Shown: in pieces, positions 19,537 to 25,845 of the stretch
How positions within the stretch are numbered: position 1 is the stretch's first letter
How the letters are laid out: each line of letters begins with the position of its first letter
Origin: an uncultured virus (IMG/VR IMGVR_UViG_3300022562_000410)
Lineage: Duplodnaviria > Heunggongvirae > Uroviricota > Caudoviricetes
Length of the DNA: 64,000 nucleotides
IMG/VR virus record: IMGVR_UViG_3300022562_000410
Reading direction: 5' to 3' (one strand)
Position numbers and translations under genes: made by a program
Notes under the pieces: generated by a model
Seen by the model: only the letters and a program-made list of their open reading frames with translations
Database searches by the model: none
Told to the model about the DNA's origin: nothing

Positions 19537-19628
19537 TAGTGTGTGAACAGATAGCCAAGGCTCAGCCAGATGGCCGAGTAGGCAGCGATGGCAGCGTAGG
19601 CTTGGGCAAGCGGGATGCGGTATTTCAT
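19536..19628 (-). CDS. 30-aa single-TM microprotein, not in ORF track
   Basis: MKYRIPLAQAYAAIAAYSAIWLSLGYLFTH; GAGGT SD; ATGA overlap; stop abuts hammerhead C. Confidence 0.7.
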   Translation of the reverse strand: MKYRIPLAQAYAAIAAYSAIWLSLGYLFTH

Positions 19629-19837
19629 GATCCCACCTCACAAGCCTTCAGGAAGCGCTCACGATCGAAGTTGGGGTTCTCGTGGCGGAAGTAGTCCGCC
19701 AGCGCTCCAGCCATCGACCTGCGAGTGGCCTCAGCACCCTTCTTAAAACCGGGTGTCAGGTACTTATCATCAGGATCGAACTTGCGATCACGAACGATGC
19801 TTGCGATAGCCTCGAAATGCTTGCGCGTCATGCTCAT
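19625..19837 (-). CDS. Small phage protein (70 aa)
   Basis: MSMTRKHFEAIA...NPNFDRERFLKAC; AGAGGAG SD after hammerhead D. Confidence 0.8.
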   Translation of the reverse strand: MSMTRKHFEAIASIVRDRKFDPDDKYLTPGFKKGAEATRRSMAGALADYFRHENPNFDRERFLKACEVGS

Positions 19838-19855
19838 GTTGGTCTCCTCTGTCGG

Positions 19856-19922
19856 TGGCAGTCTCATCAGTATCGGAATGCCAATCCGATATACCTGCCC
19901 CTCCTCTAGGACAGGTTTCAAC
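19856..19922 (-). ncRNA. Hammerhead ribozyme D (type II, pseudoknot, GUA site)
   Basis: GUU-GAAA-CCUGUCC[UAGAGGAG]GGGCAGG-UA^-UAUCGGA[UUGGCAU]UCCGAUA-CUGAUGA-GAC-UGCCA; predicted cut 19892/19891. Confidence 0.9.
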
Positions 19923-19997
19923 GATGGCCGGGATTAACCCACACCGGCAGGGTCCGTTCACCCTCCCGGCACTAGAAGCCGGGAGGGTTTGCGGTAG

Positions 19998-20486
19998 CTA
20001 TACAGCTTCACGCTTGGTGGCTTCGTCACCAGTGGCGATCTTCAGGGTGAAGTGGAACCCACGGCGCTTCTTCGCCGGGGTGGCTTCGGACTGCGTGTAG
20101 CGAACCGTGTCGATGTATTCGACCAGATCGTCGTCCAGATCAGGCACGAAGTTCCTGATCTTGTAGTGAGCCTCGGGCGGCAGGTAGACCTTGTAGATGC
20201 AGTAGCCTTGCGGCTGCATCGTACGAGCATTCATATCACGCTCTTCCTGCAGGCGCTGGCACTCCCTGAGAGAGGCATGTGTCTGCCAGTAGGCAGCGCT
20301 GCTGGTGAAGAAGTGGTACTCACGCTTGCGATCTTTTCTCCAGCGGTCCTCGCGGAAGCTAGAGATCACTTCGAGGCAATCCTCGAAATCATCAGCCGTG
20401 GCGTCACTGCCAGACTGGCGCAGATCGGGGATCAAGGTTTCACGCAGATGGGTGACCAGTGCGTAGATATTGTCGAAGCTATGCAT
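19998..20486 (-). CDS. Hypothetical protein, first gene of the leftward operon
   Basis: AGAGGAG SD after hammerhead E. Confidence 0.75.
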   Translation of the reverse strand: MHSFDNIYALVTHLRETLIPDLRQSGSDATADDFEDCLEVISSFREDRWRKDRKREYHFFTSSAAYWQTHASLRECQRLQEERDMNARTMQPQGYCIYKVYLPPEAHYKIRNFVPDLDDDLVEYIDTVRYTQSEATPAKKRRGFHFTLKIATGDEATKREAV

Positions 20487-20508
20487 TTCGTTCTCCTCTG
20501 TTGATGGG

Positions 20509-20575
20509 TGGCCTGTCTCATCAGAGCGGGTAGGCCATCTCCCGCTGACCCCGTCGTGGTGACCGGGGTTTCAAC
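20509..20575 (-). ncRNA. Hammerhead ribozyme E (type II, pseudoknot)
   Basis: GUU-GAAA-CCCC(G)GUC[ACCAC]GACGGGG-UC^-AGCGGG[AGAUGGCCUA]CCCGCU-CUGAUGA-GAC-AGGCCA; predicted cut 20547/20546. Confidence 0.92.
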
Positions 20576-20848
20576 AATCAGAGGAGGAGATTGTTGAGTA
20601 GGGCGAGTCGTTACCTTCTGTCCCCGAGCGGTTTACGGCTTGCTCCGCTTGCCTCGGGAAGGTCGCTACTACCAACGTCGCTTCTACAGGTTCCTGCTGA
20701 CATTCGCCTTTCGGCCAAGTGGTCAGACTACGCAGCGTCTTCCCGTCCCCAGTTTCACCGAGTGGGTCTCGTCGAAGTCTTGGCTTCGCTTCCCCGGCCA
20801 GTGCCAGATGGGGGCTGTGGGCCGTGGTCACGTCCTGTGACAGCTCCC

Positions 20849-20877
20849 ACTTTAGGGGAACCCAGTTCCCATGTCAA
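20849..20877 (-). promoter_or_regulatory. Leftward sigma70 promoter with palindrome in the spacer
   Basis: TTGACA-17 nt-TAAAGT; spacer holds perfect GGGAAC-N3-GTTCCC (20856..20870). Confidence 0.85.
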
Positions 20878-20966
20878 CTACTTTTTATCCAGATGCTCGA
20901 TAGGATGTGGGAAAGGAGTTCTCTCAGGCACTCTTTATATAGAGGTTCGTGTTGCGGGATTCTTCG

Positions 20967-20975
20967 TGCTATAAT
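20967..20975 (+). promoter_or_regulatory. Rightward extended -10 promoter
   Basis: TG-C-TATAAT, divergent from the leftward promoter. Confidence 0.6.
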
Positions 20976-21344
20976 CGAGTGGAATCAAACACTTGGATCA
21001 GGAAATGGCGCAGAATCAAGTACCTACACGGAAGCCCATACAGCGCAGGACGACGATGAAGCAGCTTGCGGACTGGGGCAATAGGGCTTTACCGCCTGAA
21101 TCTGAGTTCAAACCGTACCTGTTCGGAAACGGGACCAAAGAGAAGAAGGCAGGGAAGGGAGCCTACGACGGAAGTTAAATCGAGCTGCGAACGAGGTGCC
21201 ACATGCAAATCACACCTGCGGTCCGTGCGACCGTGATCACCGAAGTCATCGCCGAGCTTATGAGCTATGGCCACCACTACGCTGCCGGACACGTCAACAG
21301 TTGCCGAGAGCGATTGCTTGCACGCCATGCCGGGGAGTGTGGTC

Positions 21345-21797
21345 ATGTTGTACGAGATAGTACCAACACCGAAGCCGAGGATGACGCAACGCGACAAGTT
21401 GCCGTCACGGGTCAAGCCGCCTCGGCCACCGGTTGCTAGATACTGGGCGTTCAGGGACGAAGTCCGGTGGAAGATGCAGGGCGTCAAGCTCCATGGATCG
21501 TGCGTGGTGTTCTTCATGCCGATGCCGAAGAGCTGGAGCAAGGCCAAGCGCGAGAAGATGCTGGGCCAACTGCACCAACAGAAGCCAGACCTCAGCAACC
21601 TGCTGAAGGCACTGGAGGACTCGCTCTACGGCGACGACTCCCACATTGCCCACTACGGCAGCTTGACGAAGGTCTGGAGCGAGACAGGCCACATACTGGT
21701 CAAGGATGGATGCCAGCATGGCACTGAAGTTCTGCAGGCCCTGCGGCGAGCGCTGGGGCGTAGCGAGCATCTGGAACGTGAGTCATTGGGAAGTTGA
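21345..21797 (+). CDS. rusA: RusA-family Holliday junction resolvase
   Basis: PTPKPRMT, KPDLSNLLKALEDSL..DDSHI; start uncertain (GGGGAG SD). Confidence 0.85.
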   Translation: MLYEIVPTPKPRMTQRDKLPSRVKPPRPPVARYWAFRDEVRWKMQGVKLHGSCVVFFMPMPKSWSKAKREKMLGQLHQQKPDLSNLLKALEDSLYGDDSHIAHYGSLTKVWSETGHILVKDGCQHGTEVLQALRRALGRSEHLERESLGS

Positions 21798-21898
21798 CGA
21801 GTGTGACGGCTGCGGACGCATGACCATGACCGCCAAGGCGGGGTACTGGAAGATCACCGTGCAACGTGCCCGAGAGGCACTGGAAGAGAGGAAGGCCA

Positions 21899-22222
21899 AT
21901 GAACGACGAGAAGAAACAGATCGCTGAACACCTTGAGTTGACTCCTGAAGAGATTCGGGAGTTGGACGAAATCAGCAGCGACAAGGATGGCGTGAAGACG
22001 GCCCTTAGGGTGGCTCAGAACTACGCTGCCAACGCCCTGTCCCGGCTGCGTCGGAAAGAAAAGAAGTGGTGGAAGGATGTCATGCAGAAGCGAGGCGTCC
22101 CGCTACACTCGCATTACGTGGCGGAGATAGACCACACCATCCCGCATATCAGGGAAGCCACTGAGCAGGAGAAGATGGCACCTAGGGACGCCATCGAGGG
22201 CTGGCTGGACAAGAACACATGA
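21899..22222 (+). CDS. Hypothetical protein
   Basis: GAGG SD; ATGA overlap downstream. Confidence 0.6.
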   Translation: MNDEKKQIAEHLELTPEEIRELDEISSDKDGVKTALRVAQNYAANALSRLRRKEKKWWKDVMQKRGVPLHSHYVAEIDHTIPHIREATEQEKMAPRDAIEGWLDKNT

Positions 22223-22635
22223 GGCAAGAGCTGCCAGTCGCGATCGAGAGGCTGAGGGTCCAGCCACCCGAGTTTCCACGTACCGCTCAAGGTAGCCTGT
22301 ACGGTGCGTTCTACTGGCCGGAGAAGAAGATTTACATCATCTCCTCTGGTTCAGGTCCTGAGGCAGGCGGCTGGGAGCACGTCAGTGTGTCGCATGCCAA
22401 GCGCACACCGACATGGGATGAGATGTGCCGGGTCAAGGATGCCTTCTGGGGTGAGGATGAGACTGTGGTCCAGTTCCACCCGAGAGCATCCGAGTACGTC
22501 AACCTGCATCCCCACACGCTGCACCTCTGGAAGCGCACTGATGGGGACTACACGTTACCGCCTCACCTGTTCGTGGGGCCAAAGTCAACTGAGGAGAAAG
22601 GCAATGATGATGAATCCGAACATGACGCTGGCTGA
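22219..22635 (+). CDS. Conserved-looking His-rich phage protein
   Basis: WEHVSVS...PTWDEMCRVKDAFW...QFHP...YVNLHPHTLHLW. Confidence 0.75.
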   Translation: MRQELPVAIERLRVQPPEFPRTAQGSLYGAFYWPEKKIYIISSGSGPEAGGWEHVSVSHAKRTPTWDEMCRVKDAFWGEDETVVQFHPRASEYVNLHPHTLHLWKRTDGDYTLPPHLFVGPKSTEEKGNDDESEHDAG

Positions 22636-22894
22636 GTTCGCTGAGGCATTCGGCGCGATCGAGCCAGCACCATGGCAGAAGAAGGCCATGGATGATCTGG
22701 CCACGGCTGTTCGAGTGGCTGATAAGGTCAAGCTGCCATTGAATCGTCGCAGCTACCTACGCATCCACCCATTCCGCCATCCGTTCTACGATGAGCCACG
22801 GCATCGCCCCGTACAGGGTGGTCACATGGTCAAGGACTGCCGCACGGGTGAAGTGCATGAGCCTCTGATACGCAGGAGGGAGCCATGGGAATGA
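22604..22894 (+). CDS. Hypothetical protein
   Basis: GAGGAG SD before ATG 22604. Confidence 0.55.
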   Translation: MMMNPNMTLAEFAEAFGAIEPAPWQKKAMDDLATAVRVADKVKLPLNRRSYLRIHPFRHPFYDEPRHRPVQGGHMVKDCRTGEVHEPLIRRREPWE

Positions 22895-23066
22895 ACGAAT
22901 TCTCAGGCCGCTGGCCGCTGCACTCATCCCTCTGGAGCAACGCAGCGCTACCCATGGACACCAGTGTCGTCCGCACCATGTTCAAGTGCCTCACCCTACT
23001 CTTCATCCTGACCGTGGGTGACCCAGACATCATTGACGCCATTGTCATGTGGTTGGGGAGAGCCTG

Positions 23067-23306
23067 ATGAGATACAGCGGACTGCTCACCATGCTGCTCA
23101 TTGGCTTCCTCCTAGGCATAGGAGTAGGTAGCGCCATCGAACGTTACAGCACCGCAGCACACTCCACCGGACAGGTCTTCAGCTATACACAAGACCAGAT
23201 GGATAGAGCACGGGTATACCAGCGGCAGTGTCTGGGGAATGGAGGGTCACCACGTATCACTGAGTCCTCTGTAGGGGTGCAAATACTCTGCATAGGCGGT
23301 AGGTGA
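23067..23306 (+). CDS. Small membrane-anchored protein
   Basis: GGGGAG SD; hydrophobic N-terminus. Confidence 0.55.
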   Translation: MRYSGLLTMLLIGFLLGIGVGSAIERYSTAAHSTGQVFSYTQDQMDRARVYQRQCLGNGGSPRITESSVGVQILCIGGR

Positions 23307-23354
23307 TGGGAACTCTGTTCGGGAATCGTACACTATAGAAACCGGGGAAATACG

Positions 23355-23621
23355 ATGATCAAAGCGATCGAGATTTTTCAGACGGCCCGACTGGGGTGGG
23401 CGGTGACGATTCAAACGGACGACGAGGACCACCCAGTCCAGAGCCTATTGTTTGATAGCGTGGGCGACATGCTGGCGTGGCAGGGTAAGCATCTGGGTGA
23501 GCCTGCGGCCATTGCCTGCTATAGCCCTGCGGTACTCCACCGCTGGGTTGAGGTCGAGGGGCGGGAGATATGCGCTGACTGTGGCATGCATAAAGCCTAT
23601 GGTGCTAAGGAGGCGGCGTGA
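23355..23621 (+). CDS. Hypothetical protein
   Basis: ORF with purine-rich leader and CxxC. Confidence 0.5.
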   Translation: MIKAIEIFQTARLGWAVTIQTDDEDHPVQSLLFDSVGDMLAWQGKHLGEPAAIACYSPAVLHRWVEVEGREICADCGMHKAYGAKEAA

Positions 23622-23846
23622 GCGTCTACCGGGAGACTGAAGTGGTGCGGTAAGTCAGGTCCGAATAGTGACTGTCCGTACTGTAAAGCCAAGGGAATCC
23701 TCAACGACAACCGGGAGAGTGAGTGATGATCGAGTATTGGCTGGCGAAAATCACCTGTTTTCTCAGGGGGCATAAATACCAAAAGCCTTTCTTCGGCTGC
23801 GTGATCTGCGAGCGGTGCGGCGATTGGTACAACGTGGAGAGTGACG

Positions 23847-24212
23847 ATGAGTGATCTTATAAAACGTCTACGCAACTACCCAGAACGTCTGGACCATAGT
23901 GCCGTGGATTTGTGTGATGAAGCCGCTGACTATATCCGCGTCCTCGAAGCACAGCTTGAGCGGGTGCGGGGGTTGCCAATGGGACAACTTATCAAGGCGT
24001 TGCGTGTTGCGTCCGATGCGCTGGAAATAGCGGCTGACTGGCATGTTGTGGATGTGCAGGTCTGGCCGCCCGAGGCTTGGAATTTACCGGCCTACGAAGA
24101 GGATGCAGCAGAGGGGTGGTGCTCAACGCAGGCACTCTCCGAAAGATTGGGAAAAGTAGCCGACGAACTGGAAGCCGCCCTTGTTTCCAACGACAACCGG
24201 GAGGGTGAGTGA
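23847..24212 (+). CDS. Hypothetical protein
   Basis: GGAG SD; MSDLIKRLR...CDEAAD.I..LE phage-type N-terminus. Confidence 0.6.
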   Translation: MSDLIKRLRNYPERLDHSAVDLCDEAADYIRVLEAQLERVRGLPMGQLIKALRVASDALEIAADWHVVDVQVWPPEAWNLPAYEEDAAEGWCSTQALSERLGKVADELEAALVSNDNREGE

Positions 24213-24397
24213 TGGGTGACGTGATTTCTCTACCAATACACCCAGAAAAGGACGACAGCGACATGGTTTGGGGTTGCAACCAGTGTGGCGAGACACGCCA
24301 CTACCTGCATGACGATGGCTCTGTTTCATGCGGTGGCTGTCACGCTGTTTTTGAGGACATCCAGCACTTCAACCCGAAGGAAACTGACAATGGATAG
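24209..24397 (+). CDS. Small zinc-finger protein
   Basis: CNQC...CGGC; GGAGG SD. Confidence 0.55.
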   Translation: MMGDVISLPIHPEKDDSDMVWGCNQCGETRHYLHDDGSVSCGGCHAVFEDIQHFNPKETDNG

Positions 24398-24638
24398 GAT
24401 GAGGGATGAACTTCAGATACAGGACTGTGGGGGCATTTGGTGCATAACGCGCAATGGTGTTGTTATCCGGCCTGCTGATGAAATTGACAAGGAGTTGGTT
24501 GAACGCATTAACACCCTCGAAGCACAGCTTAGTAGCCTGTCCCTGTATAGCGAAGCGGTTGCTGAGGTTTGTGATGAGGATATATTCAATCGTATCGAGA
24601 GTGAGTGGAATCTCCGTAAGGAGGCGCGGGATGAGTGA
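24390..24638 (+). CDS. Hypothetical protein
   Basis: AAGGA SD; coupled overlaps. Confidence 0.55.
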   Translation: MDRMRDELQIQDCGGIWCITRNGVVIRPADEIDKELVERINTLEAQLSSLSLYSEAVAEVCDEDIFNRIESEWNLRKEARDE

Positions 24639-24984
24639 TCCACGTCGTGATCTGGAGAAGATTATGGAGCAGTACACCGAGACCATGATCCTACTCACTT
24701 GCGTCACGTACCTGCGGCCACATTGCAGTGAATGCATGGTCAAACACTACTACGAAGAAGAGCTGGACCGCTTCATGGAGTCAGTTGGTGACCTGATGCA
24801 CGATGACTTACCCCAATTCCTGCGCCAGCTCGTCATCAATGCCAAAGAGCGCACCGAGGAACGCCTCATTGAGCACACCTGTCCACGGGGATCGCTCAAG
24901 GAGGTTGTAGAGCATGAGCGGGAGAAGCTCACACTAGCCATTGGTATGGTAGACTTCGGTCCAGACACGGAGGGCGGATCATGA
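24631..24984 (+). CDS. Hypothetical protein
   Basis: TAAGGAGG SD. Confidence 0.65.
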   Translation: MSDPRRDLEKIMEQYTETMILLTCVTYLRPHCSECMVKHYYEEELDRFMESVGDLMHDDLPQFLRQLVINAKERTEERLIEHTCPRGSLKEVVEHEREKLTLAIGMVDFGPDTEGGS

Positions 24985-25277
24985 GCCAGAACAACGGTGT
25001 GGCCATCAGCCAGCACACCCTGTACGTCAACAGTGGCAGCGAGCCTGTCGAGATCAATGGTATCGGCTACAAGCGGACGCTTGGCACCACCACCTATCGC
25101 TTCAACACACATACACCGATCAAGCTCCAGCCGGGGCAGCGGATTGTGGTGGTGAGCGACGAGGTGGATGGCGAGCCACGACGCAGGTATTACCGGGTCA
25201 GTGATGGACCACATGGCTTGACCCATGAGCGCCTAGATGGTGAGGAGCTTGTGGTAGACTCAATCAATGGTGGATGA
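24981..25277 (+). CDS. Hypothetical protein
   Basis: GGAGG SD; ATGA overlap. Confidence 0.6.
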   Translation: MSQNNGVAISQHTLYVNSGSEPVEINGIGYKRTLGTTTYRFNTHTPIKLQPGQRIVVVSDEVDGEPRRRYYRVSDGPHGLTHERLDGEELVVDSINGG

Positions 25278-25845
25278 ACACTCTCAGGAGGGCGTAGAGG
25301 CGTTCGACCTGCGCGGGGCCATGCTCCGTGCCAAGAAGGCACTCACACCCGGTGTGAAGGATGCAGGAGGCGATCCTGAGGGCGTCGTCGACCATCCCGA
25401 TTTACTCGACAAGCATTACCCCGCCAGCGCCGTCATCCTCTGCAAGGACATCGCCGACCAGCTCAGCCAAGAGTTCCCCGGCTGGGCATGGGCCGTGCAG
25501 CCCGATCCCAAGGGCGGCATCATCAATATCTGGAACCTGCACTGCCACAACGAGCTGGGCTATACGATCCATGGTGACCTACTGGACAACGCCAAGGTCA
25601 GGAAGCGTGAAGTCCGCAAGGCGGGCGGCGAGATACTGGAGCGTTTCAGGATGCCAAGCAGGCTGGACCGGGAGCGTGTGGCCGAGGCACCTCGTGACGC
25701 TCGTGGCCGCATGATCCCCGACCTGCGCGGGTTGAACATGGTCAGGCAGAAGATGAACGCCGAGATCGCGATGGCGTACGCCGAGGGCCGTGCTGAAGTG
25801 GTCCATGATTTGGAAGGTAATGAGTATCTGAGGATCAGACAATGA
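25267..25845 (+). CDS. Hypothetical protein preceding the portal
   Basis: FPGWAWAV...GGEILERF; ATGA overlap with portal. Confidence 0.7.
   Translation: MVDEHSQEGVEAFDLRGAMLRAKKALTPGVKDAGGDPEGVVDHPDLLDKHYPASAVILCKDIADQLSQEFPGWAWAVQPDPKGGIINIWNLHCHNELGYTIHGDLLDNAKVRKREVRKAGGEILERFRMPSRLDRERVAEAPRDARGRMIPDLRGLNMVRQKMNAEIAMAYAEGRAEVVHDLEGNEYLRIRQ

Noticed and set aside
19926..19960. Twister ribozyme or tRNA T-arm (GCCGGU...AAUCCCGG)
   Set aside because: Loop length and pseudoknot partners do not fit twister, and there is no cloverleaf.
17886..20575. Interspersed repeats read as a CRISPR array or terminators
   Set aside because: Spacers are whole genes, no cas genes are present, the hairpins lack U-tracts in the transcribed direction, and the hammerhead core explains them.
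20690..20790. Sixth hammerhead in the leader (GAAAC...GUC, GCC-GAAA-GGC)
   Set aside because: No CUGANGA in the required position and stem III is poor.
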